Shown here: positions 46,792 to 56,035 of the stretch, one piece after another
Numbering within the stretch: the stretch's first letter is position 1
Layout of the letters: the number at the start of each line of letters is the position of its first letter
Origin: Balanoglossus misakiensis
Lineage: Eukaryota; Animalia; Hemichordata
NCBI GenBank assembly: GCA_040954595.2
Contig: JBECUI020000037.1
Coordinates: forward strand, 78,805 to 142,804
Length of the DNA: 64,000 nt
Direction: 5' to 3'
Translations under genes and position numbers: made by a program
The notes under the pieces: generated by a model
The model's database searches: none
The model's input: only the letters and a program-made list of their open reading frames with translations
What the model was told of the DNA's origin: nothing

Positions 46792-48222
46792 ATGGGCATC
46801 ACCCCCCGATCTGAGAGTTACGCTAATTGGTATGTTGATATAGTTCTCCGAGCACAGTTAGCCGATTACAGTCCAGTCAAGGGCTGTATGGTTATCCGTC
46901 CGCGCGGGTATGGGTTATGGGAACGGATACAATCGGAATTAGATGCCATGCTGAAAGCCTCCGGACATCAGAATGCATATTTTCCCTTACTTATTCCTGA
47001 ACGATTTATTCATCAAGAGGCCGAACACGTTGAAGGGTTTGCCCCGGAATTAGCGGTAGTAACCCATGGTGGGGGCGAAAAACTAGCGGAACCGTTCGTG
47101 ATTCGACCGACCTCCGAAACAATGATATGGAGCATGTATAAGAAGTGGATACAGTCGTATCGGGATCTTCCATTATTGATTAATCAATGGGCAAATGTAC
47201 TGCGTTGGGAAAAACGTACGCGTTTATTTCTTCGCACGACAGAGTTCCTATGGCAGGAAGGGCATACTGCACATGAGAGTAGTCAAGAAGCCCAGGAAGA
47301 GGCGTTGAAAATTTTTGAAATTTATCAGCACTTCGTGCGTGATTATATGGCCATATCAATTGTTTCCGGCACTAAAAGTGAAAGTGAAAAATTTGCCGGA
47401 GCAGTTACAACGTATGCAATTGAAGCTATGATGCAAGATGGGAAGGCATTACAAGCAGGTACCTCACATTTTCTCGGGCAAAATTTTGCAAAAGCCTTTG
47501 ATGTACAGTTCCAGACACGTGAAAGCACGCTTGAATATGTATGGGCAACATCTTGGGGGGTCTCTACTCGGTTAATAGGTGCATTGGTTATGGCACATTC
47601 GGATGATAAAGGGCTTGTATTGCCACCAAAACTCGCACCGACACAGGTTGTCATTATTCCATTGTTTCATGGCAAGAACGGTCAAGCAGTTATGGAAGAA
47701 GCGAAAAAAATATTTAGACAGATGCAACAGCATCTGCGAGTAGAAATTGATTCTGATGATCAAAACACACCGGGTTGGCGCTTTTCCGAGTGGGAATGTC
47801 GTGGCATTCCATTACGTATAGAACTAGGTCCGCGTGATTTGGAAAAGCAATCTGCCGTCCTTGTTCGACGGGATACCGGAGAGAAACGGGAAGTGCCCCT
47901 GTCCCGCATTGTTGAAGATGTAACTAATGTATTGGAAGACATACAGAGCTCATTGTATGATCGGCATCATAGTTTTGTACAAGAGCGAAGTGTTCATCCG
48001 GCAACCTACGAAGAGTTTTGCAATTATTTTGTTGATCAGAAATCTGTTTTTGCCTATGCACCCTGGGATGGAAGCATGGAAACCGAGAAGGCAATCAAGG
48101 AAGAGACGAAGGCAACCATCAGAATTATTGATACACCAACAGATAAGGATGTGCACAAGATGCAATGTATTCGTTCGGGCAAACCAGCACAGCATTATGC
48201 CTTATTTGCCAAGTCATATTAA
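46792..48222 (+). CDS. proS: Prolyl-tRNA synthetase (archaeal/eukaryal type)
   Basis: [42 protein letters not shown] and C-terminal FAKSY. Confidence 0.97.
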   Translation: MGITPRSESYANWYVDIVLRAQLADYSPVKGCMVIRPRGYGLWERIQSELDAMLKASGHQNAYFPLLIPERFIHQEAEHVEGFAPELAVVTHGGGEKLAEPFVIRPTSETMIWSMYKKWIQSYRDLPLLINQWANVLRWEKRTRLFLRTTEFLWQEGHTAHESSQEAQEEALKIFEIYQHFVRDYMAISIVSGTKSESEKFAGAVTTYAIEAMMQDGKALQAGTSHFLGQNFAKAFDVQFQTRESTLEYVWATSWGVSTRLIGALVMAHSDDKGLVLPPKLAPTQVVIIPLFHGKNGQAVMEEAKKIFRQMQQHLRVEIDSDDQNTPGWRFSEWECRGIPLRIELGPRDLEKQSAVLVRRDTGEKREVPLSRIVEDVTNVLEDIQSSLYDRHHSFVQERSVHPATYEEFCNYFVDQKSVFAYAPWDGSMETEKAIKEETKATIRIIDTPTDKDVHKMQCIRSGKPAQHYALFAKSY

Positions 48223-48234
48223 ATTCTTTAGTTC

Positions 48235-49452
48235 TTATTCGTAATGGCGCCCTTCGCGTGTATTCCGAAGAAGTGAGAGTGATTTTTTATATCGTGAGCC
48301 GGTTATATGGCTAATGAATCCAATTGTCATAATATCCATGAACGTTGCTAGTCTTGTTAATATCAGCATGATGGGAAGAAGGATGAAATACGGTTCCTGG
48401 ATGCTAGCATTATAGGCAATTGAAAGAGAAGAAAACAGAACAAGGATGGATTGTCCGGGTGCGTGTGATAAGGTAAGCGAAAACAGGACAGTCAGACCGG
48501 TTATAAGCAGAATATGAAGAAATGGTATTTCAAGAGTACTGTACGAACGCAGAACAACAATAAACGAGCTACTTGCCAGTAACGCTGTACCCGCCCGACA
48601 AAAGAGTATACCCAATGTACAGGTGATATTGTTACTTGCCATATCATGTTTGTGTAAGGTGAACAATGTCGGCAGACAAAAATGTATATTACCAGTAACG
48701 AGACCTGAAATCCCTGCCGGTAGCATGTTGAAGAACCATTTCCGGGGCGATATACCGACAAAAAACGCCAGAAGCAAGGGATAGGCGAGGCAGACAATAA
48801 GCAAGATACATATAATTTGTACGAGGATAAGAGGGATAAATATTTGTATTTCAATAATAGCACGAATTTGAAGGGCCGTATATGCTGCCACTACAACACA
48901 TGCTATGGCGAGAAGTTCTGATATAACTAGTAATAAGCGGTACATAATACGCCAAATAGACTGGGTTAACTGAAGGATGCCGGATTCATCTTCGATTGAG
49001 ATAGTTAACCCTATAATAAAGATAAAAAGCACGAGAGGTAAAAGGTTCGTCCCAGCTTGGGTAAAAATATCAAATGGATTGTTTGGAAAGAGTTTCAGGA
49101 TATATTCCATGATTGTTATTTCCTGAGACGGTTGAGCTTCCAGAGGCGTCGGAGGAATGCGGTCAGGAATAAGTCCGATACCAATCCCGGCACCTAAAAT
49201 GCTTGTCACGGCGGCAAAGACAATAATAAGAAACACAGTCTGCATCATAGTCGTCAGCAGATGTTTATGACTTCTGAGGTAATGTATAGCAGGAATAAGA
49301 CCGAAGAAAACAGCAGGAATAATAAAATAGCTCCCGATATTGATCATTAACTGCGTAATATCTTTGAAGATGTTTATAGTATTTTGTGTTGTATTTGGGA
49401 ATAGCCCGATTAGCATGCCGGCTATAATTGCTATAATATATCGCCACCACAT
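48235..49452 (-). CDS. Divergent dicarboxylate/amino acid:cation symporter
   Basis: Multi-TM protein; LFPNNPFD and CRAGTAL resemble DAACS motifs. Confidence 0.7.
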   Translation of the reverse strand: MWWRYIIAIIAGMLIGLFPNTTQNTINIFKDITQLMINIGSYFIIPAVFFGLIPAIHYLRSHKHLLTTMMQTVFLIIVFAAVTSILGAGIGIGLIPDRIPPTPLEAQPSQEITIMEYILKLFPNNPFDIFTQAGTNLLPLVLFIFIIGLTISIEDESGILQLTQSIWRIMYRLLLVISELLAIACVVVAAYTALQIRAIIEIQIFIPLILVQIICILLIVCLAYPLLLAFFVGISPRKWFFNMLPAGISGLVTGNIHFCLPTLFTLHKHDMASNNITCTLGILFCRAGTALLASSSFIVVLRSYSTLEIPFLHILLITGLTVLFSLTLSHAPGQSILVLFSSLSIAYNASIQEPYFILLPIMLILTRLATFMDIMTIGFISHITGSRYKKSLSLLRNTREGRHYE

Positions 49453-49455
49453 AGC

Positions 49456-50112
49456 TTACTGTTTGAATATGGATAGGGGCGATCGTTCGCCACTATAACG
49501 AATCCACTTTCTCTGGTATTTCTCTTTTTGTTCAGTAATTGAATCAATGATGTATTGGACAAAGCCATCAATTTCTTCTTTGTACGTATAGAATGCCTTG
49601 ATGACAATGGGAGCCTCGTATATCTTCAACAAGGTATCGACAATGCCTCGAATAGTTTGAAACTGAATCTGTCCGAAAGGAGTTATTGATGTTGCCTCGG
49701 GGATTTGCCATACGATTGTTAATGTTCCCTTATTACTTTGGTGAAAGAGTGTGATAATTTCCTTCAGAATAAAGAGTGTTCCCTTTACGGCCTGGTCTAT
49801 CAGTTGGTCGATTGATGCCCAAGTAGCTTCATGGAAGGGGCGACTCATTGGTTCGGTATAGATAGTAAGAATTGCTTCATCAACGGTTTCTAGAGAATTC
49901 TCTATTTTCATGATAGCAGCACGAGCGGAGAGGGGTGAATGTGGTGTCCATGGTATGTAGTGCAGTCCTTGCTCATCGCTTAGATCACTATCAACATTGC
50001 TGCCTTCCGTATTAGTTGCAATAATGCGGTAGTCGGTCTTTTCCTGCATTTGTGCAATCAGTAGGTCATGAAGATGAGTTGTAACTCCAGCTATGAATAG
50101 TGACTTTGCCAT
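49456..50112 (-). CDS. Hypothetical protein, degenerate SDR/Rossmann-like
   Basis: 218-aa ORF; LFIAG N-terminus and W...SPLSAR motif. Confidence 0.6.
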   Translation of the reverse strand: MAKSLFIAGVTTHLHDLLIAQMQEKTDYRIIATNTEGSNVDSDLSDEQGLHYIPWTPHSPLSARAAIMKIENSLETVDEAILTIYTEPMSRPFHEATWASIDQLIDQAVKGTLFILKEIITLFHQSNKGTLTIVWQIPEATSITPFGQIQFQTIRGIVDTLLKIYEAPIVIKAFYTYKEEIDGFVQYIIDSITEQKEKYQRKWIRYSGERSPLSIFKQ

Positions 50113-50149
50113 AGTATAATGCTATCATACGGAAGGAAGCATAACAAGT

Positions 50150-51727
50150 ATGAAGATTGTGATGGTTCAAGTAAATCCTGTTATTGGGGATTATAAGAAG
50201 AACAGGGAAAAAATACTGAAATATACTGATGAGGCAAGGGAATTAGGAGCAGAAATTGTTGTCTTCCCCGATGCCGTGTTAAGCGGCTGTCCTGTCTTCG
50301 ATCTGGTACAGTATCCCCCCTTTATTCGAGATTGTGAGGAATCCGTCAAGTGGCTCGTGCAATATTTACCGCGGGACGTCTTGGTTTTATTTGCTTGTCT
50401 CTGGCAGTCGGAAGATCAGTCGTCCGTACATAACGGGGTAATTGGCATTTACGATGCTGCCATACAGTATAGGCAAGCAAAAAACAAACTCTCTTCCCCC
50501 GATATGCTGCATCAATGCATGCAGACAGAAATGAATATCTGCAAGTTTTCTAACTACCGCATTGGGGTCTGCATGAATGATACATCCGTTCATTCCCTCC
50601 TGCAGGAGAAGTGTGATGTACTTATTCTGCCCGTAGCTTCACCATACGAACGAAAGCAGCTTGAAAAGCGTATAACACAGTTTCATCAGGTACGAAATGA
50701 TGTGCCCATTCTGTATGTAAATCTAGTAGGTGGGAGTGAAGGAATGATTTTTGACGGATATTCTTTTTATCTTCATAATGACAAGACATATATCATGCCG
50801 GGGTTTACCGAGGGAATTGCATGCATTGATCCTGCTCTCCCGGAAGTTCCAGTTGGTATGAATGCTGATCGGAGATTCAATACCGAAACAGAATTGGCAG
50901 ACTTAGAACAAGCATTGATGCTCGGAATACGCGATTACGTGTATAAAGCAGGATTTCAACGGGTACATTTAGGACTATCAGGGGGCATTGACTCGGCACT
51001 GGTAGCAACACTTGCTGCGCGGGCACTCGGGGCGGACCGAGTGCATTGTTTTACCTTGCCTTCACGTATTACCTCAGCAGCCAGTAACGAGGATGCACAG
51101 TTACTGGCGTCCCGTTTAGGCATCTCTTGTAGTGCATTGCCCATTTCGTCCGTGTATCAATCCTTTGCAGATAGCTTAGAACCCTTGACCGACACGTTTA
51201 GTGAAACGGTTGCAAGCGAGAACATTCAAGCACGAATTAGAGGAACCCTTCTTATGGCTTATGCGAATCTTGAATCTTCTTTTTTACTTGCAACGGGTAA
51301 TAAATCCGAATTGTCTGTTGGGTATTGTACTATGTATGGAGATCTCGTCGGAGCCCTAGCACCTATCGGGGATCTGTTCAAAAGCGAGGTATATGAGCTC
51401 TGTCATTTTATCAATCAAGATAAGGAAGTAATACCACAATCCATCCTTGATAAGGCACCCAGTGCGGAACTTCGTGAAGGTCAAAAAGATGAGCATAGTT
51501 TACCAGCTTACGATATATTAGATAAAATACTTCACTTACATGTTGTGGAAAATAAATCATGTGATGATATCATCAACATGGGGCATCCTGCCGATATTGT
51601 AAGAGAAACACTGAGAATGGTACGAGATGCAGAGTTTAAGCGCTTTCAAGCTCCTCCGGTTTTGCGTGTCTCTTCTCGTGCTTTTGGACATGGAAGAATT
51701 ATGCCTATTATACATAAATTACTATAA
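50150..51727 (+). CDS. nadE: Glutamine-dependent-type NAD+ synthetase
   Basis: N-terminal nitrilase-like domain; GLSGGIDSA, ENIQARIRG, TGNKSE, PSAELR and FKRFQAPP. Confidence 0.95.
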   Translation: MKIVMVQVNPVIGDYKKNREKILKYTDEARELGAEIVVFPDAVLSGCPVFDLVQYPPFIRDCEESVKWLVQYLPRDVLVLFACLWQSEDQSSVHNGVIGIYDAAIQYRQAKNKLSSPDMLHQCMQTEMNICKFSNYRIGVCMNDTSVHSLLQEKCDVLILPVASPYERKQLEKRITQFHQVRNDVPILYVNLVGGSEGMIFDGYSFYLHNDKTYIMPGFTEGIACIDPALPEVPVGMNADRRFNTETELADLEQALMLGIRDYVYKAGFQRVHLGLSGGIDSALVATLAARALGADRVHCFTLPSRITSAASNEDAQLLASRLGISCSALPISSVYQSFADSLEPLTDTFSETVASENIQARIRGTLLMAYANLESSFLLATGNKSELSVGYCTMYGDLVGALAPIGDLFKSEVYELCHFINQDKEVIPQSILDKAPSAELREGQKDEHSLPAYDILDKILHLHVVENKSCDDIINMGHPADIVRETLRMVRDAEFKRFQAPPVLRVSSRAFGHGRIMPIIHKLL

Positions 51728-51735
51728 GATGGGGC

Positions 51736-51764
51736 TTGATTTTATTTCTAATGCTGTTTATACT
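51736..51764 (+). promoter_or_regulatory. sigma70 promoter, probably driving a leaderless transcript
   Basis: TTGATT-17 nt-TATACT ending 9 nt before ATG 51774; no SD sequence. Confidence 0.6.
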
Positions 51765-51773
51765 GTACGTGTA

Positions 51774-52349
51774 ATGAAAGATATTGTTTTGCTTGAGGCT
51801 GAGATATTAACTGTTGCTCCAACAAATAAGGGGCATGCAGTTTTTATTAAACCCTTGGAAAGTGATCAGGTTGTGCCGATTTTCATCAGACAAACGGAAT
51901 CGCAAGCAATATTATTTGGTCTATCCAAGGTACCTATCCCACGACCCTTGACACATGATCTGATTACTGATGTTTTACAGGAACTCAATGTTGTTGTAGA
52001 ACGGGTGGAGATTACCGAACTCAAGGATAAGACATTCTATTCCCGTATTGTATTAAAGCAAGGCATGCGGCGTATCTCCATTGATGCCCGCCCATCTGAT
52101 AGTTTAAGCATTTCTTGTCGTACTGGTTGTACATTGTATATTGCAGAATCAATTATTGACGAAGTAGGGGTATCTATTGCCTTGCTTCATGAGCGTGAGC
52201 CACATCCTGAAGATAGAGAAGATGGATCTACTACTGTTGAAGTAAAAATAGATGAGCGCGTGAAATTGGAAGAAGAATTACAACAGGCAATAGCCGAAGA
52301 GAACTACGAACAGGCAGCCCGCATACGGGATCGGCTAGAGCAATTATAA
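51774..52349 (+). CDS. Bifunctional nuclease family (DUF151) with UVR domain
   Basis: VPIFI..EsqAI, RPLTHDL, IDARPSD, and C-terminal AIAEENYEQAARIRD. Confidence 0.92.
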   Translation: MKDIVLLEAEILTVAPTNKGHAVFIKPLESDQVVPIFIRQTESQAILFGLSKVPIPRPLTHDLITDVLQELNVVVERVEITELKDKTFYSRIVLKQGMRRISIDARPSDSLSISCRTGCTLYIAESIIDEVGVSIALLHEREPHPEDREDGSTTVEVKIDERVKLEEELQQAIAEENYEQAARIRDRLEQL

Positions 52350-52378
52350 ACGTTCATTTTTGGCAATGTAGCCGATGG

Positions 52379-53137
52379 TTATTTCACGAGTGAACTCGAC
52401 GGGCTTGATTCCCAAGCATCGTCCTTTTTTTCCCAAAAGTTTTTAATTTTTTTAAAATGAGTTCTTCTCTCTTTAATTTTCTTAGCTTCCTTCGGGTAAA
52501 AATCATTCAGCAATTTGCAACATAACTGAATCATCCATTGCTTTCTTGAACACTTATCAATTTTTACATTGTTGCTGTTTGCTATTTGTATTTGTCCCCA
52601 ACCTAATGCTCCTAGAGTCAAACATTCCCACGATAAAAACTCTATGGGTATTACCGAAACAGATTCGACGTTTAATTTATTAACATTTATTCGATATGCA
52701 ACTAAAAACAATACAAAATAATTTTTTGGGTCCTCATAGAATTCTGACAATCTTTTTACGGAAGTTAAATTTGGCATATTAAACTTCGTATCTGTTCTGT
52801 GTGATTTGACATCTATCATATAATAATTATCTTCAGAGGTAAATGCTAAATCAGCCATCGCCCTTCTTGCAAATTCTGTAGAATAACTAGAGTATTTGAT
52901 ATTCGTTTTCTCAATAATATTATGAAAATTTTTTGAGATTACATTTTCAATAGCATCGCCGGTTCCTCTGGTACTATCAATTGAATTTCCTGATAGATTA
53001 AAGTCATATGATTTCAAGTAATTAAATATTTCTGTTTCTAATTCCTTATATGTATCATTGCTAAAAATAGAATTTACCACAATGTTCTTTCCACATTTTT
53101 TTTCTTCGTTTGATAACTCAATGTATTTCTCTCCCAA
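52379..53137 (-). CDS. Putative type II restriction endonuclease (PD-(D/E)xK)
   Basis: RRAMADLAF...IDVKS motif, low GC, overlaps the MTase. The real start may be a GTG near 53080. Confidence 0.65.
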   Translation of the reverse strand: MGEKYIELSNEEKKCGKNIVVNSIFSNDTYKELETEIFNYLKSYDFNLSGNSIDSTRGTGDAIENVISKNFHNIIEKTNIKYSSYSTEFARRAMADLAFTSEDNYYMIDVKSHRTDTKFNMPNLTSVKRLSEFYEDPKNYFVLFLVAYRINVNKLNVESVSVIPIEFLSWECLTLGALGWGQIQIANSNNVKIDKCSRKQWMIQLCCKLLNDFYPKEAKKIKERRTHFKKIKNFWEKKDDAWESSPSSSLVK

Positions 53138-54033
53138 AAAACGCCGTCTGAGTATCCTTGGATGCCATTATTTTTTATCTTATCTATTCTTTTTTGTGAT
53201 ATGCATACATATTTTTCATCTATATCTACGCCTAAATATCTTCTTCCTAGTTTTTTTGCAACTACACAAGATGTTCCACTCCCTACAAATGGATCAAACA
53301 CCATATTTCCCATGTTGCTACTTGCCAATATTAGTTTTGCTATTAGTTTTTCGGGCTTTTGTGTAGGATGTTCTGTATTTTCAGGCATAGACCAATAAGG
53401 GATTGTTATGTCATCCCAGAAATTAGAAGGATAAGTATCTCTAAAGTTCCCATCCTGTGTTTCCATCCAATCTTTTGGCTGGCCTTCATCTTTATATGGT
53501 GCTATTACTTTCTTTCTTGTTTTAACTTTATCAACATTGAATGTAAATTCATTTGATTTGGTGCAAAACCAAATGTCTTCATGAGCATTCTTCCAATTTG
53601 TTTTAGCTCCTCTACCTTTTTCTCTTTGCCATGTTATTCTATTGTGTATATTGAAATATTTACTTGCTATTAGATGTAATGAAGTAGAGGAATACCAATC
53701 ACCACATATATATATGCTTGCTGTTTTTTTTAATGTGTGCATAATTGTAGATAGAAAACTATCTACATATTTAGAATATTCATCTATATTAGATTTCTTA
53801 AAATTCACTTTACCGAAATTTTTGCGTAGATTATAGGGAGGGTCTAATATTAATAAATCTACAAAATTACTAGGTAGGTATTTTGCAATATCGAAAATAT
53901 CAGCCAATATTATTTTGTTCTCTAAAGCTGTTTTATCTTGATTATCTTTGATGTTAGATATAATTTTATATAGAAATTTATATTCTTCGTGTTTTTCTAA
54001 AGTTAAAGTCTTGTTTCTTTCACTTCTTGCCAT
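53074..54033 (-). CDS. Site-specific DNA methyltransferase (N6/N4, beta class)
   Basis: DPPY catalytic motif precedes HPTQKP and the DPFVGSGT SAM-binding motif. Confidence 0.93.
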   Translation of the reverse strand: MARSERNKTLTLEKHEEYKFLYKIISNIKDNQDKTALENKIILADIFDIAKYLPSNFVDLLILDPPYNLRKNFGKVNFKKSNIDEYSKYVDSFLSTIMHTLKKTASIYICGDWYSSTSLHLIASKYFNIHNRITWQREKGRGAKTNWKNAHEDIWFCTKSNEFTFNVDKVKTRKKVIAPYKDEGQPKDWMETQDGNFRDTYPSNFWDDITIPYWSMPENTEHPTQKPEKLIAKLILASSNMGNMVFDPFVGSGTSCVVAKKLGRRYLGVDIDEKYVCISQKRIDKIKNNGIQGYSDGVFWERNTLSYQTKKKNVERTLW

Positions 54034-54172
54034 GTTATCCCCCCTACTAATATCTTATAATTTAATCGTTTCCCTATGCTATCCTTTCTCATATGTATAA
54101 CCCATTTTTATGTACTCGTCAACTTTTTTATTTATGATAACATATCTAGTAATTTTTTTAAGGAGGCTGATT

Positions 54173-54511
54173 ATGGAGAGTTCAGAGATTTGTTATTGGA
54201 AAGGGAAATCAGGTGTGTCCTATAATTTTGAGGTGTATGAAATAGACGATAAATTTAGTGATATTGATTGTGTCTATATATACTCATATCTTACTCGTGA
54301 AAATGCATGGAGCCCTGTTTATGTGGGGCAAACTACGCGTCTTGCAACTAGACTTTCTGAGCACCAACAAAATGATAACGAGAGTTGTCTATGCATTCAG
54401 AAAAGCAGAGCGACACATATCCACGTATATAGAAAACGCTCTGAATCTGGAAGGTTCGAAATAGAAACAGATATTTATAAGAACTATTCGTGGGAGTGTA
54501 ACAAGGAATAG
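54173..54511 (+). CDS. Small GIY-YIG-like domain protein
   Basis: AGGAGG RBS; CVYIY...VYVGQT..L..RL.EH...E.D pattern. Confidence 0.75.
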   Translation: MESSEICYWKGKSGVSYNFEVYEIDDKFSDIDCVYIYSYLTRENAWSPVYVGQTTRLATRLSEHQQNDNESCLCIQKSRATHIHVYRKRSESGRFEIETDIYKNYSWECNKE

Positions 54512-54608
54512 TTTATTTGTCTGCTTTAAGATCATCGGCAAGTTGAAACAAGGCTGAAAATTTTGCACTTTTATGCAACTCACCTGTCGAGGTAATATTT
54601 CCTTGTTG

Positions 54609-55868
54609 TCACACTATTGTTTGAAGATAGTCGTCGACTGTTTCTGCACGGCGTATTAGTTTAGTATTGCCATCTGCTTGCAGTAATATTTCTGCACAGC
54701 GTAGTTTTCCGTTATAGTTAAATCCCATTGCATGTCCATGAGCACCAGCGTCGTGGATAACAACAATATCTCCGATGTCCATCTTGGGCAATGTTCGATC
54801 TATTGCAAACTTGTCATTGTTTTCGCATAGACTGCCGGTAACATCACATGTTATTTCTTCACTAGACTCCAGCTTGCTCGGGACAGTAATATGGTGATAG
54901 GCACCGTACATGCCGGGACGCATGAGATTGGCCATATTGGCATCGAGACCGACGTATGTTTTATATGTATTTTTTATATGCAGTACCCTGCTGATCAGAT
55001 ACCCAAAGGGACCTGTAACCATTCGTCCATTCTCCATAGCAATACGAAGGTTGTCGACATGGGGTGTTCCCATATATTTCTGATACGTTTGACGAAATTC
55101 TTGAGCGAATAATTCCATGTTAAGCGGTGCATCCTTTGGATGATACGGTATGCCAATGCCACCGCCGATATTAATAAGTTCAATATTAATACGTAACTTC
55201 TCAAGAATTTCTTGGCATAATTGTAGTATTAATTCTGTTGTTTCAATGAAGTATCGATAGTCCAATTCATTTGAAGCAACCATCGTATGGAGAGCAAAAC
55301 GCTGAACACCCAGTTTTTGTAGTTTTTCGTAGCCCTCAAATATCTGCTTGCGGGTTAATCCATATTTTGATTCCATCGGGTTGCCGATAATCTCATTGCC
55401 TCTTTTTAACTCCCCCGGGTTATAACGTAGGGCAGCCATATCCGGCATGGGAAGGCTTTTGGCATATTCATCAATGTGAGTGATGTCATCAAAATTGATA
55501 ATGGCCTGAAGATGGCGGGCGTATCGAAATTCTTCTATGGGTGTGTTATTTGATGTAAATATAATTTCCTGTCCGGTAATGCCGACACGCTCTGCGAGCA
55601 CCAGTTCGGGAAGGGAGCTACAGTCAAGTCCCATCCCTTCTTCATGGAGAATTCGTAAAATGGCAGGGTTGGGCAATGCTTTTACGGCAAAGTAGTTGCG
55701 AAAGCCGAGATTTTCTTTAGATTTTGATGGTGCCCAGTCAAATAATTTATATAAACGCCTGGCATTCTGTCGAATGGCGGCTTCGTCGTATAAATAGAAC
55801 GGAGTTGGATAGGTGCTTGCAATCTCTTCTAGTTTTTCGGGTGTAATCGGTATTTCTTTGGTATTCAT
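54609..55868 (-). CDS. lysA: Diaminopimelate decarboxylase
   Basis: YPTPFYLYDE, FAVKALPN, NIGGGIG, ENGR, GSLCENND and GAHGHAMGFNYNG. Confidence 0.95.
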   Translation of the reverse strand: MNTKEIPITPEKLEEIASTYPTPFYLYDEAAIRQNARRLYKLFDWAPSKSKENLGFRNYFAVKALPNPAILRILHEEGMGLDCSSLPELVLAERVGITGQEIIFTSNNTPIEEFRYARHLQAIINFDDITHIDEYAKSLPMPDMAALRYNPGELKRGNEIIGNPMESKYGLTRKQIFEGYEKLQKLGVQRFALHTMVASNELDYRYFIETTELILQLCQEILEKLRINIELINIGGGIGIPYHPKDAPLNMELFAQEFRQTYQKYMGTPHVDNLRIAMENGRMVTGPFGYLISRVLHIKNTYKTYVGLDANMANLMRPGMYGAYHHITVPSKLESSEEITCDVTGSLCENNDKFAIDRTLPKMDIGDIVVIHDAGAHGHAMGFNYNGKLRCAEILLQADGNTKLIRRAETVDDYLQTIV

Positions 55869-56035
55869 ATTGTATATAATATTACCCTAGAATAATACAC
55901 TTGTCTATTTATAGAGTGCAGCTGCAGAAAGAAGTTTTATTCGTATTTTATGCATAATCCTTGTTTATATATAAAATATACAATAAAATAAAAATAACTA
56001 TTTACATAATAATGTAATTATAGCATAATCGTAGT

